A stretch of 64,000 nt of DNA. Source: Mobula hypostoma. Taxonomy: Eukaryota. The position numbers and the translations under genes were made by a program. Positions 24,214-37,319 of the stretch are shown piece by piece. Below the pieces are notes generated by a model. The model did not search any database, was not told the DNA's origin, and was given only the letters and a program-made list of their open reading frames with translations. Location: assembly GCF_963921235.1 (NCBI RefSeq), contig NC_086097.1:182220001-182284000 (forward strand). The letters run 5' to 3'. How positions within the stretch are numbered: the first letter of the stretch is position 1; each line of letters starts with the position of its first letter.

Positions 24214-27000
24214 CATAATAGAAACATAGAAAACCTACAGAACAATACAGGCCCTTCGGCCCACAAAGTTGTGCTGAACATGTCCCTACCTTAGAAATTA
24301 CTAGACTTCCCCATAGCCCTCTATTTTTCTAAGCTCAATGTACCTATCCAAAAGTCTCTTGTATCCACCTCCACCACCATTGCTGGCAGCCCATTCCACG
24401 CACTCACCATTCTCTGAGTAAAACACTTACCCCTGACATCACCTCTGTACCTACTCCCCAGCACCTTAAACCTGTGTCCTCTTGTGGCAACTATTTCAGC
24501 CCTGGGAAAAAGCCTCTGACTATCCACACGATCAATACCTCTCATCATCTTATACACCTCTATCAGGTCACCTCTCATCCTCCGTCGCTCCAAGGAGAAA
24601 AGGCCGAGTTCACTCAACCTATTTTCATAAGGCATGCTCCCCAATCCAGGCAACATCCTTGTAAATCTCCTCTGCAACCTTTCTATGGTTTCCACATCCT
24701 TCCTGTAGTGAGGCGACCAGAACTGAGCACAGTACTCCAAGTGGGGTCTGACCAGGGTCCTATATAGCTGCAGCATTACCTCTCGGCTCCTAAATTCAAT
24801 TCCATGATTGATGAAGGCCAATACACCGTATGCCTTCTTAGCCACAGAGTCAACCTGCGCAGCTGCTTTGAGCGTCCTATGGACTCGGACCCCAAGATCC
24901 CTCCGATCCTCCACACTGCCAAGAGTCTTACCATTAATACTATATTCTGCCATCATATTTGACCGACCAAAATGAACCACTTCACACTTTTCTGGGTTGA
25001 ACTTCATCTGCCACTTCTCAGCCCAGTTTTGCATCCTATCGATGTCCCACTGTAACCTCTGACAGCCCTCCACACTATCCACAACACCCCCAACCTTTGT
25101 GTCATCAGCAAACTTACTAACCCATCCTCCACTTCCTCATCCAGGTCATTTATAAAAATCACGAAGAGTAAGGATCCCAGAATAGATCCCTGAGGCACAC
25201 CACTGGTCACCGACCTCCATGCAGAATATGACCCATCTACAACCACTCTTTGCCTTCTGTGGGCAGCCAGTTCTGGATCCACAAAGCAATGTCCCATTGG
25301 ATCCCATGCTTCCTTACTTTTTCAATAAGCCTTGCATGGGTTACCTTATCAAATGCCTTGCTGAAATCCATATACACTACATCTACTGCTCTACCTTCAT
25401 CAATGTGTTTAGTCACATCCTCAAAAAATATAGTCAGGCTCGTAAGGCATGACCTGCCCTTGACAAAGCCATGCTGACTATTCCTGATCATATTATACCT
25501 CTCCAAATGTTCATAAATCCTGCCTGTCAGGATCTTCTCCATTAACTTACCAACCACTGAAGTAAGACTCACTGGTCTATAATTTCCTGGGCTATCTCTA
25601 CTCCCTTTCTTGAATAAAGGAACAACATCCGCAACCCTCCAATCCTCTGGAACCTCTCCCATCCCCATTGATGATTCAAACATCATCGCCAGAGGCTCAG
25701 CAATCTCCTCCCTTGCCTTCCACAGTAGCCTGGGGTACACCTCATCTGGTCCCGGCGACTTATCCAACTTGATATTTCCAAAAGCTCCAGTACATCCTCT
25801 TTCTTAATATCTACATGCTCAAGCTTTTCAGTCTGCTGCAAGTCTGCACTACAATCACCAAGATCCTTTTCCATAGTGAATACTGAAGTAAAGTATTCAT
25901 TAAGTACCTCTGCTGTTTCCTCCGGTTCCATACACACTTTCCCACTGTCACACTTGATAGGTCCTATTCTTTCACGTCTTATCCTCTTGCTCTTCTCATG
26001 GCCCCTTCTATCTCTCTTAATTTCCTTTTTAAGCTCCTTCCTGTTAGCCTTATAATCTTCTAGATCCCCAATATTACCTAACTCTCTGAATCTTTTGTAA
26101 GCTTTTCTTTTCTTCTTGACTAGATTTATTATAGCCTTTGTACATCACGGTTCCTGTACCCTACCATAACTTCCCTGTCTCATTGGAACGTATCTATGCA
26201 GAACTCCACACAAATATCCCCTGAACATTTGTAACATTTCTTCTGTACTTTTCCCTGAGAACCTCTGCTCCCAATTTAAGCTTCCAATTTCCTGCCTGGT
26301 AGCCTCATAATACCCCTTGCTGCAATTAAACGCTTTTCTAACTTGTCTGTTCCCATCTCTCTCCAATGGTATTGTAAAGGAGATAGAATTATGATCACTA
26401 TCTCCAAAATGCTCTCCCACTGTGAGATCTGACACCTGACCAGGTTCATTTCCCAATACCATATCAAGTACAGTCTCTCCTCTTGTAGGCTTGTCTACAT
26501 ATTGTGTCAAGAAACCTTCCTGAACACACTTAACAAATTCCACCCCATCTAAACCCCTTGCTCTTGGGAGAACCCCATCTAGATTTGGGAAAATAAAATC
26601 ACCCATCACGACAACTCTGTTATTACTACACCTTTCCAGGATCTTTTTCCCTACCGCTCCTCGATATCCCTGTTACTATTGGGCGGCTTATAAAAAACAC
26701 CCAGTAAAGTTATTGAGCCTTCCTGTTCCTAATCTCCACCCACAGAGACTCTGTAGACAATCCCTCCATGACGTCCACCTTTTCTGCAACCGTGACACTA
26801 TCTCTGATCAACAGTGCGATGCCCCCATCTCTTTTGCCTCCCTCTCTGTCCTTTCTGAAGCATCTAAAACCCAGAACTTGAAGTAACTATTCCTGTCCCT
26901 GAGCCGTCCAAGTCTCTGTAATGGCCAGCACATCATAGCTCCAAGTACTGATCCATGCTCTAAGCTCATCCGCTTTGTTCACAATACTCCTTGTGTTAAA
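24214..27000 (-). mobile_element. CR1-clade LINE (HER1-like), nearly complete ORF2 (APE endonuclease + RT) with frameshifts, plus 3' UTR
   Basis: Consecutive ORF pieces: NTRSIVNKADEL..AITETW (EN), [77 protein letters not shown]. The 3' tail reads AGAAACATAGAAA on the plus strand. Nested in an older CR1. Confidence 0.93.
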
Positions 27001-27430
27001 CCTAATGTTAAACATTTCTATACATCTCATATGTTCCGAGGAATAAAGAGCTTGCCTGACCAACCTCTCCCTACAACTCAGGCTCTCCAGTCCTTGTGAC
27101 ATTCTTATAAACCTTTTCTGCACTTTTTCCAGTTTAATCACATCGTTTCTATAACAGGGTGACCAAAACTGTACGTCATACTCCAAGTGCAGCCTCACCA
27201 ACAACTATACAACAGCAACATATAATGCCTCTTAACCGTAATAATTGTAACCAATTCCACCACTTTCTGTGGCAGCAAGTTCCATGTATCAACAACTGTG
27301 TGAAACAAACTTCCCATTCAGATCCCCTTTAAATCTCCTTCCACTCACCTCATACTGAAGCCCTGCTGTTTTTGACACTCTTCCACAAGAAAAAGATTCT
27401 GACCATCTGCCCGATTAATGCATGTGAAGA
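27001..27430 (-). mobile_element. Older CR1 fragment(s)
   Basis: MLVRLHLEYDVQFWSPCYRNDVIKLEKVQKRFIRM in the ORF track. Confidence 0.75.
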
Positions 27431-27759
27431 TACTTCCATCAGGCTTCACCACTCAAGCTGCCCACCCACTGCTGAGTTGCCTTGGGCCTCCCTGTGTCAG
27501 GGTTTGTGGATCCCACATCAGTCACCTTCAATGGCACAGAGTTAGAATGGAGGCAACATAAGAACAGATTCTCAGGTGAAGGCTCTTCATCAGAGGTGAT
27601 GAAGGAGTGGAAGCAAATCATCTCTAAGTCCAGGGGACTCCCTTAAGGATAGATATGGGTGAACAATATTGCATGTCTGGATTATCAGAAGGCATTTGTT
27701 GAAGGTATTTGGTGACAGCTTTGGTCACCCTATTAGCTTCAGGATAGTTGTGGGAGAAG

Positions 27760-28210
27760 ATAGGATTGGTCCTCAATGGAGGAAAGCAAATTTTGAGGGC
27801 AACAGATGGAAACTTACAAATGTTGATTGGGAGAGGGTAAACACAGGTAAAGGGATGTCTGGCAAGTGGGAGGCTATTGTAAGTGTGAGTAAGAGAGTTC
27901 AGGGCCAGCATTTTCCTATTAGAGTGAAAGGCACGGTTGGCAGGAGCAGGGAACCCGAGCTGATGGAGGATATTAAGGCGCTGGTCAGGAAAAAAAAGAT
28001 GCATGGGTCAAATATAGGCAACCTGCAAGCTTCATTTCCTTAAGGAATATAAGGAATGTAGGAGTACACAAGAGGGAAACTGGGGGAGGGGGGGCAAAAC
28101 TGAGATATCCCTGGCAGATATAGAATGTACAACACAGACGAGATATAGGAGAATCCCAAAACATTCTATAAGTAAAGGAGCAGCAAGGTAGAGAATAGGT
28201 CAAAATGGGG
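27760..28210 (+). mobile_element. CR1 fragment (EN-RT linker)
   Basis: WRKANFEG..LTNVDW..KWEA..REPELMEDIKALVRKK. Confidence 0.7.
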
Positions 28211-28214
28211 TTTA

Positions 28215-28765
28215 TACAGTGACGTATGTTGTGAAACTCATTGTTCTGCAGCTGCAGTACACAAGAGGGAAAGATATAAAAAATATAAGTTACAAAAAAT
28301 ATATAGTGGAAAAGACGGATAACAAGATAGTGTTCATGGGTTCATGGACAGTTCAGAAATCTGAAGGCAGACGGGAAGAATCTGTTTCTAAAATGAAGAT
28401 TCTGGATCTTTAAGCTCCTGTGGCTCCTCTCTGATGGTAGTAATGAGAGGTGGGCATGCCCTAGATGATGAGGGTCATTAAAGACTGCGTTCTTGAGGCA
28501 CTGCCCTTTGAAGATGTTCTCGATGGTGGGGAGGGCTAAGTTACAATAAATAAGTAAATAAACAGTCAAAAGAGGAATAGTGATGTAATGTTCATTGGTT
28601 TATGAACCACTTGAATATCTGATGGCAGAGGGGAAGAAACTGTTTGTAAAGTGTTGAGTGTGGGTCTTCAGATTCCTGTACCACCTCCTCGATGGCAGTT
28701 ATGCAAAGAGGGCATGTCCTGGATAGTGAGGGTCCTTAATGATACATGCTGCCTTCTCCAGGCAT
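28215..28765 (-). mobile_element. Two tandem Rex1/Babar-type 3' fragments
   Basis: DPHHLGHAHLSLLPSERSHRSLK..RFFPSAFRFLN; the same 3' end as 16830-17100 occurs twice. Confidence 0.7.
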
Positions 28766-29089
28766 GAATGGATTATTTAAGGATCAGTGTGGTAATCTAT
28801 ATATTGACCTTTGGGAAATGGAGAGGAATGGAAAGTCCACATTTGGGCCAAGACCTTTCACATTCATTGACTCCAGTCTTGACCCAAAATGTTGACTTGC
28901 TATTTCATTCTACAGATTCTGCCTGATCTGCTGAGTTACCCCAACGTTTGTTTTTTTTGGGCAGAATTTAATTCTGCTCAGTCTAGTGATCACTGAAGAT
29001 GGCAGCACAGGGAGGTAAGTTGCTAATTTGGTGAAGGAAGTTAATGGAATACTTGGCTGAATTGAATATAATGGCAGGAGGCTAAGGTA

Positions 29090-31600
29090 CAACTTATGTT
29101 GGACCCCAAGAGATGGAATTTGTAGAATGACTATGAAATGGATTTTTAGAGCAGCTTGTGGTTAAGCCCACTAGGGTAAAGGCAATTCTGGATTGGGTGT
29201 TGTGTAATGAACCAGATTTAGTTAGGGAGATTGAGGGAAAGGAACTCTTAGGAGACAGTGATCATAATATGATAAGATAAAGTCAAATGTATCAGTATTA
29301 TGGTGGAGTAAAGGAATTTACAGAGGCACGTAAGAGGAGCTGGCCAAAGTTAATGGAAGGGGACACTGGCAGGGATGATGGAAGAACAGCAATGACTGGT
29401 GATTCTGGGGGAGTTTTGGAAGATGCAGGAAAGATACACCCCAAAGATAAAAAAGCATTCTAAAAGGAGGATGGGGCAACCGTGACTGACAAAGGAACTC
29501 AAAGACAGCATAAAAGCAAAAGAGAGGGCATATAATGTAGGAAAAAATAGTGGGAAGTTCGAGGATTTGGAAGCTTTTAAAAACCAACAGAAGGCAATTA
29601 AAAAACCTTAAAGAGAGTAAAGTTGGAATATGAAGGTAAGCTAGCTAATAATATAAAAGAGGGCAGAAGTGGGTGTAGTTGCTATTACTAAGGAGAAGAT
29701 GCATGAGAAAATGAATGCTCTGCAGATAGATAGGTCACCTGGAGTAGATGGACTACACCCCAGGGTTCTGAAAAAGGTAGCAGAAGAGATTGTGGAGATA
29801 CTAGTAATGATTGGGCCCGATAGCCTGATTACAGTGGTTGGGAAAATGTTGGGAATCCATTATTAAGGATGAGATTTCAAGGTACTTGAGGCACATGATA
29901 AAATAGATCAAAGTCAGCATGTTTTCCTTAAGGAGAAATTTTACCTGACAAATTTGTTGGAACCTTTTGAGGAAATAACAAGCAGAATAGACAAAGGAGA
30001 GTCAGTGGATGTTGTATACTTGGATTTTCAGAAGGCCTTTGACAAAGTGCCACACATGAGGCTGCTTAACAAGGTAACAACCCATGGCATTGCATGAGAG
30101 ACACTAGCATAGAAGATTGGCTGACTGGCAGGAGACGTAGAGTGGAATAAAGAGGGCCTTTTCTGGTTGGCTGCTGGTGACTAGTAGTGTTCCTCAGGGG
30201 TCTGTGTTGGGACCATTTCTTTTCATGTTATATGTCAACGACTTGGATGATGGAATTGATGGCTTTGGGCCCAAGCTTGCAGACGATACAAAGATAGATG
30301 GAGGGGAAGGTAGTTTTGGGGAAGATAAAAACTGCAGAAGGACTTAGACAGATTGGGAGGATGGGCAAAGAAGTGGCAAATGGAATATTTTGTAGGGTAG
30401 TGTATGGTCATGCACTTTGGTAAAAGGAATAAAGGCTTAGACTATTTTCTAAACAGGGAGAAGGTTCAAAAATCAGAGGTGCAAAGGGACTTTGGAGTCA
30501 AAAGGTTTACTTGTAGGTTGAGTTGGTGGTAGAGAAGGCAATGCGACGGTAGCATTAATTTCAAGAGAATTAGAATATAAAATCAAGTATGTAATACTAA
30601 GGCATTGGTCAGACTCCATTTGGAGTTATTTGAGCAATTTTGGGCCCTTTATCATTTAAAAAAGATAAGGAAGAATTTCTTTAGCCAGAGGGTAGTGGAG
30701 TCTGTGGAATTCATTGTCACAGGTGGCCGTGGAAGCCAAGTCTTTGTGTATCTCTGAAGTGGAGGTTGACAGGTTCTTGATCAGTCAGGGCATCAATGGT
30801 TATGGGGAGAAGGCAGGAGAATGGGGTTGAGAACAATAAGAAATCAGCCATGATGGAATGGCAGAGCAGACTCAATGGACTGAATGATCAAATTCTGCTC
30901 CTGTGTCTTGTCTTATGGGCTTATAAAACATTAGTTAGGTCACAGCTGCAGGATTGTACAGAAAATCTGGTCACTACATTACAGGAACCGCGTGATTCCA
31001 ATGGGGATGGTACTGAGGAGGCTGGGGGGAGGGGGGAAGGTTGCTGGATACCTAATTGGCATACGTAAAATTATAAATGTCATAGATAAGGTAGACCATA
31101 AGAAACATTTTACCACAGATAGCCAAGGTTTAGAGTAAGGGGTACTTACCTAAGCCCTTCACCCCTGCTGGGGCCTAGGTAGCTCACCAGAGTCCTCTGT
31201 CCTGGGCCAGACGTTCATGTTGTTCCCAGGTGTAGTCCATCTTCTTGGTGTATCCTTTTCTTTTCTAGGGATGAGATCTTTGGATCTTCTGTTGTCTTTT
31301 CTGGAGCTCTGGGTTTTTATGGGATAGGGTTGCTAGCCCCATGCCCCAACACCCCTCCTTTTGCAGCCAGTTTTGGGACCACCCATGGCGGAGTTAGAGA
31401 AAGGTGTAAGAGGTGGGCAGAAAAATGTGGACTACACTGCCTGCATGGGTGGTGGAGGTAGAGACCCACTGCATTTAAGAAGTAGTTAACTGAGCTCTTG
31501 AATCACTCAGGCATAGAAAGCTAAGGACAAGTACAGTAAAATGGATTGTTTTGATGGGAGCTTGGAGATAGTGGGCTGAGTGGCTTGCTTTATGTGAAGA
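29090..31600 (+). mobile_element. Decayed, internally deleted CR1 ORF2 plus a second CR1 3' fragment
   Basis: DRSPGVDGLHPRVLKKVAEEI; GTATACTTGGATTTTCAGAAGGCCTTTGACAAAGTGCC (YLDFQKAFDKVP); GTTCCTCAGGGGTCTGTGTTGGG. Confidence 0.85.
31145..31393 (-). mobile_element. Short non-autonomous RTE-like retroposon (5' UTR fused to 3' end)
   Basis: The minus strand has GGTCCCAAAACTGG..AGGAGGGG..GGGGCTAGCAACCCTATCCCATAAAAA (RTE 5' UTR-like) and ends in ..CTTAGGTAAG. Imperfect 15-bp TSD TTAGAGTAAGGGGTA (31130) / TTAGAGAAAGGTGTA (31394). Confidence 0.65.
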
Positions 31601-31623
31601 GTTTGATAGTTATTGACTGGTAA

Positions 31624-31880
31624 GGGGCGTCATGGGAGACTAGCAGCTTATGCAACGCTATTATAGCTTGGGGTGTTGGAGTTCACAGTTCAATTTTGAT
31701 GTCATCTGTAAGGAGACTGAATGCTCCGATTTCCTCCCACATTCTAAAGACGTACCGGTTAGTAGGTTAAGTGGGCATTATAAATTGTCCTGTGATTATG
31801 CAAGGTTTAAATCGAGGGTTGCTGGGGGCGCTGCTCAAAGTGCTGGAAGGGTCTGTTCTACTCTGTATCTCTAAATAAAA
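31624..31880 (+). mobile_element. V-SINE (tRNA-derived, HE1-like), decayed
   Basis: tRNA-like head with a GTTCAATT B-box-like motif; V-domain-like TGCTCCGATTTCCTCCCACATTCTAAAGACGTACCGGTTAGTAGGTTAA; A-rich end. Confidence 0.7.
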
Positions 31881-32339
31881 AGGGATTGAGGGGTATGAGG
31901 TTAGTGTAGGAAAGCACATTTTAGTTGAAGGGATCAGCCAGGGTCTTATTGAATAGTTCCATTTCTGTTCACTTCCCTGAGTATTATCCTTCCTTTGGGG
32001 TTGTGGATTGGATGCAGGCATTGTATTTCTTTCATGGTAGCACTGCAGAATAAATGTGACTAGTGTGTCGTGTGTGTGAGATGCAAGGACAGCATTGAGT
32101 AATCATTGTTCTCCCAGCCCTTGGGGGAGATTGGGTAGGTGGTATATTGGATGGGCATGTACATGGAAGGACTGGTGAGACCCTTGAGTTCTCCAGCTCT
32201 TTCAGGAGGGAGGCAGGCCAGCATCTGCTGGTCACTCTTCAGTCCACTCAGCCTCTGTCCGAAAGTCTGCAACTTCCTCTCCAACCAGAGCCTGTGAAAC
32301 ATCTTTAAAAAATTACACACAGCCTCCTAACATCCTTTC

Positions 32340-32780
32340 CATAAACTGAGAATCTCCTGAGGAAAGTTATTAACTTTTAAAAGCTTTGATAAGTGAGCAA
32401 AATGGTGTGGCAAATGTGCTATTCACTTACTGGGCTGGGGAGAATGAGCAGCGGCAGTTGGTTTAGACTGCCTCTATTCATAGGCACTCAGAGATATGAC
32501 AGTCAGGGGCTGTAGCAAGATAATTACTGTCCTGAGTGTATCTTGTTAATTAAGCTCTAATTAGAGAACGAGTCAGCGGTGTCATTTACAAGTGTTCCTC
32601 TAACTGCTTACATCGAAGCCGGTGATATTTGGTTTAAACTGACTGAACAGTGGAGCTCTGGGAGACAGGATGGGAGGGAGACCAAGCAGAACTGATAGGA
32701 ACATGCAAGCTATCATTAAAATCTCCGCTTTTATTACTCACTCGCATATGATTACCATCTGAAGAGCTTTCACTGTCACC
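32340..32780. promoter_or_regulatory. Candidate conserved non-coding element
   Basis: GATAATTA, GTTAATTAAGCTCTAATTAGAG and TGACAG motifs; no repeat recognised. Confidence 0.45.
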
Positions 32781-33264
32781 CTGAAGAAATGAGCAGAGGG
32801 AGGGAGCTGGTTCTGAAGGGTAACCCTTTGTGCCCTGTGTGTTTTGTTGTGAGTCTGAGTAAGAGGGACATGATGGCAAAATCCAGGCACCAGCAGCATT
32901 TACTCACACACACGGCTCCTCCTGAGGCGTTCTGCTCTACAGTTTCTGACCACCAGCAGTTCGAATCAAAATAAGTGATACACTGATCGTCCTCCTGTAA
33001 ACTGTCTGTCCCAGGGTCTGTCCATCACTAGGAGTCAGTCCCATGTCTGGGTTCCATACGTTGAAATGAATGATCAGCTTTCGAGTTTCCTTGTTCCACG
33101 TCCTACCATTATCAGTGTATTGCTGTGGGCCGCATGGCCTGTCCAGTGCTGCATTGTTCTCTTAATATTGATGAGTGAAATCACACATGGCTCTCCCCAT
33201 TAGTCGGGTATGTCAGAGGACAGGCAGGAGGTCTCTCTCCTTCCCTTGAAGCAATTCATGAAAC

Positions 33265-33550
33265 ACAGCAGCAATTTGTCACTAACACTATTGCAATAGT
33301 CAACAGGTAATCTCTTTCAGGGACTCATTGAGGGACAATTTTCATTCCCAACATTTAGGCAGAAATCCATCAGCAGTTGTGGGATACCGATGCCCCTGTG
33401 GGGGCAAATAAGTCCTCAGTTTAATTTCTCAACTTAAAGGTAGCCCCTTATATATCACACATATCCCTGACAGTGCAGAACCGTTCCTCAAACAACATGA
33501 TATTCCTGCAACTCCAACTCTGAAAGTGTGGCCATTCCTCAGTACAGGGT
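33265..33550 (-). mobile_element. Deu-domain SINE remnant (SacSINE1/AmnSINE1-like)
   Basis: The minus strand has GTACTGAGGAATGGCCACACT, TGCACTGTCAGG, TTGAGAAATTAAACTGAGG, TCCCTCAA and AAATTGCTGCTG, in the order I recall for the Deu consensus. Confidence 0.55.
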
Positions 33551-33994
33551 TTCCACCATGCTGCTTCTCTGAGCGTGCAGAATACCATTAGTATTACTTC
33601 TCAGACAGTGTTGTGCACATAATACTGCATGAAGCAACGTTCCTCCAAGCCAAGGTGCACAACACGGTACATATAATTCACACACAAAACACATTACCAG
33701 AAATAAATTAACAAATAATAAGGTGCATTTCCTGACTGCTCCCTGATTCCCTTGCAGACTAGAGTTCTGACTCCAACTTGGATGTTCTCAATGGCTCTAC
33801 AGGAGAGTAGAGAATTCCTTGCCATTTAGAAATGATCTATTTACGCTCATGCTCTGTTCTCTGTTAGTTGACCAAGCCCCTATCTCTTCCCATGAATCAT
33901 TACCAGGAGCTGAGGTGCAGTGTCCTTTCTCTGGCACCTTAGTGAAACCCTTTTGGAAAATCCATATAAAATCCATCTAGTCATTGTCCTTTAT

Positions 33995-34150
33995 TCACCT
34001 GCCCTCTTTTGTTTTCCAGTCTTGATGAAGGGTCGCAATCCAAAACATCGACTGTTCATTTCCCTCCATAGATGGTGCCTGACCTTATGAATTTCCTCCA
34101 GCATTTTGTGTGTGGCTCCAGATTTCCAGCATTTCTGCAGTTTCTCTTGT
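33995..34150 (+). mobile_element. PLE 3'-end fragment with degenerate hammerhead
   Basis: CAGTC-TTGATGA-AGGGTCGCAATCC-AAAA-CATC-GACTG then ..TTTCCAGCATTTCTGCAG, homologous to 23187-23310. Confidence 0.8.
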
Positions 34151-35224
34151 GCAGACATTGAATGGACTCTGGAGCAACAAACAAAATGCAGAACTCAGTG
34201 TGTCTTTTGGGGGAAATGGACCGTTGACTGTTTTCTGACTCTCTCCTTTCTTGTATAGCTGTGTTAAATTTAAGGTTTTCCAATCCAAAGGGATAGCTCC
34301 AGGTAGGGAATATTGATAGTCTCTGGTCATCGCATCCAAAGGGACTTGTCAGCTTTTAATCCAATAGTTTGCCCAGTAATTACTCCCCAGAGGTTTAACT
34401 TCTACCCTATTAATTTCTTATCACTGGATTGCTCTTTTTGTGGCTTCAGGCATGAAGACAGATTGGTTATTTGTTCAACATCTTTGCCATTACCTTATTT
34501 CCCATTATTAATCCCCGGACCCATCCTCTGGGAGATCGACATTTACCTCAGCTAATCTCTTCTGCTTGGCACCCTCATAGATGCTCTTACTGTCTGTTTA
34601 TACCTCTTGCTCTCATAATACTATTCTCCTTTATGCACTTTTGTCATCCTTTACTGATTTCTAAAGTTTTCTCAGCTTTCTACCCTATCACAATATTATT
34701 TTCATTTCTTTTTATTTGATACCTTAGTTTGCTACAGACGTATCACTGTTCTCTTTGTGTCTTTATTCCTGTGGAAAATATTTCTGGAGGCACAAGAGTC
34801 TGCAGCTGCTGCAGACTGGAATTCATTTTGTCAGGCAGCTCAAACGTGGTCTCAACCCGAAACGTTGACTGTCCCTCTGCCTCCAAACGTGTGACCTGAC
34901 CCGCTGAGCTCTTCCACCAGTTTGCTTCTTGCTTCAGAATAGATCTCATTGAGTGTTCTGGGAGGTCTCCATGAAAAGTCTCCCTCTGATTATTTATTGT
35001 CTCACCCTTTAATCTGTTTTCTTGTCTGCTTTAACAGCTTTGCCTTTATACCTTTGTTCAGATGTTGGTTTTTGACCAAATATTTTCAGTGTCAAACTGC
35101 AATCCTGCAGCAATTGCAACATCCATTCCACCGGTCTCCAAAAGCTCATTTATAGATCAGGTGTTCCTAAGCTAGAGCAGACCTGAACACAAGTAGACTT
35201 GTTCCCTCACTATGTGGGTTTCTT

Positions 35225-35495
35225 CAGTACTGTCCTGCTGACAATGTGGAGATCTCCCAGTACTGACCCTCTGACAGTGTGGGGCTCCCTCAGTACTGAC
35301 CCTCTGACAGTGAGACACTCCCTCAGTACTGACCCTCTGACAGTGTGGGGCTCCCTCTGTACTGACCCTCTGACAGTGAGACACTCCCTCAGTACTGTCC
35401 CTCTGACGGTGTGGGGCTCCCTCAGTACTGACCCTCTTGACAGTGAGACACTCCCTCAGTACTGACCCTCTGACAGTGTGGGGCTTTCAGTACTG
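35225..35495 (-). repeat. 33-bp minisatellite (CAGTACTGACCCTCTGACAGTGTGGGGCTCCCT), ~8 copies
   Basis: Reverse complement of the 51460-52840 array unit. Confidence 0.95.
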
Positions 35496-35499
35496 CTTT

Positions 35500-35940
35500 T
35501 CTGAACGTATAAACAAGCTCATTGTCCCACAATGTCTATGCCGACCACGATGCTAATTTAAACTAGTCCCACCTACCTGCACATGGTCTATATCCTCCAT
35601 TCCTTACTATTCATCTATCTGCCTAAAAGCCTCCTAGACATTGCTATTATATCTGCTTCCACCCCACCTTCCCTGCCATCCACTGCTCTGTCTGGAAAAA
35701 ACTTGCCTTACACTTCCACCCTGTGAGAAAGAATCTGACTGTCTCTCTGTGCTCTTGCAGTTTTATAAACTTCTACATATCTCCCCTCAGCGTCCAATGC
35801 TCCAGATAAAAGTTTGTGAAACCTCCCATTATAATATATACCCTCTAATCCTGGCCACATCCTGATGAATTTCTTCTGTACCTTTTCCACTGAATGTCTA
35901 TCCTTCCTGTAATGCGGAGACCAGAACTTCATGCAGTACG
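35500..35940 (-). mobile_element. CR1 3' fragment
   Basis: YCMKFWSPHYRKD..EKVQKKFIRMWPGLE. Confidence 0.8.
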
Positions 35941-36454
35941 TTGGACGAGCCCTTGACATTGCGTCATTCCCCATTCAGCACAGGAGTAGACTGACCTTGG
36001 CTTTATGGTCACACTTCTGGTTTGAGGTAAGAGTGCAATGCCCTGATCAAAGGCATCACCATAAATTGCTTTGTGCAAAATTTAACTGGTACAAGTTCAG
36101 TAAGGTAATATGTAACAGGGTGCTCTAGGAGTTTAGTACAGGTTTATGGAGTGGTGTGCAGTGTTCAATGTCTGTCAGTATATGTTGTGCCACACTCACA
36201 GTGCAGAAGATCTGGGCAGGTTTACCAGTTGCCCTGGTAATGGGCTATCAGTGCAGATCATCTGAAACTTCAGTCTTGGACTTGTAAACAAAATACTCCA
36301 CAACATTTGAGTACTTAATCTTTGTGCAGCTAACAGAGGTGAAGTGCTGGACATCTCTAGGACTGGAGAGAGTTGCTCACTGCCCAGGAGTCACAATGAG
36401 AAAGAAGGGCTCTGTCTAACCTAGTTCTCAGATTCTCTGCCAGTTCAAGAAACT

Positions 36455-36790
36455 TACTGTCACCGAGGTGCCTTCAAAGTGCTGGCATTTACAGTTTGTC
36501 GGAAATGTAACAGTTTATTGTGCACAGCAAGATCCCAAATTAAATAATTATCGGTTTATCTATTCTGCTGGGTTAATGTGGGCTAATTATTTGGCCTCAG
36601 CATTGTTCTTCATTGAGTTGTGATTCTTCGCTTCGACTTGAGAAAGAGCCTCAGGCTAAAATCTCTTCTGGATGATGAAACAATTATTTGGCCACGACAT
36701 TGTTCCTCATTGAGTTGTGCTTTGTGATTGTTTGCATCGACTCGAGAAAGAGCCTCAGGTTAAAATCTCTTCAGGAAGATGAGACGTGTG
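36455..36790 (-). mobile_element. Deu-domain SINE remnant with ~100-bp internal tandem duplication
   Basis: GTGCACAGCAAGATCCCA is the reverse of the Deu-like TGGGATCTTGCTGTGCAC. The block ATTTGGCC..CATTGTTC.TCATTGAGTTGTG..GAGAAAGAGCCTCAGG.TAAAATCTCTTC occurs at ~36589 and ~36686. Confidence 0.6.
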
Positions 36791-37319
36791 TCAGAGCAGA
36801 GTCCACCCAGCCCAGGAGAGCCAGTCTGGTTCTCGGACTGATGGAGAGCCTTAACGGCCATAGATGTCGTACTGAGTCAGAGTTAGGCCCAACTCGTCTA
36901 TGTTGACTAAGGTGGTTTCCTGAGGTTATCCCATTTGCCTGAATTTGATCCACATTCTTCTAAATGTTTACTATCTATCTACATGTTCAAATGTCTTTTC
37001 AACATTGTATGCACCTTTGCCACTTCCCCTTGTATCTCATTTTGATTTGTAAAATAAAACATGAAGGATTCAGCCCTAATTCTGAGGGATTAGTATAACA
37101 TGCCCCCCGTTTGCTCTGTAAGGGTGCAGCAGTCTGAACTGTGTGCGGCTGGAATGTTGAACAGAGTGTGCAAATGTTTGTGTCACTTGCTAACTCATTG
37201 GCCTGCTCAGCTGCCCTCTCCCATCCCCTGGCCAACTGCAGTGATTTTTACTGCAAGCTCACAGGCTTGCTACTTTCTGTTTTCTCCACATTGTTTCTCT
37301 GACCAAGATCTCAGTGCAG

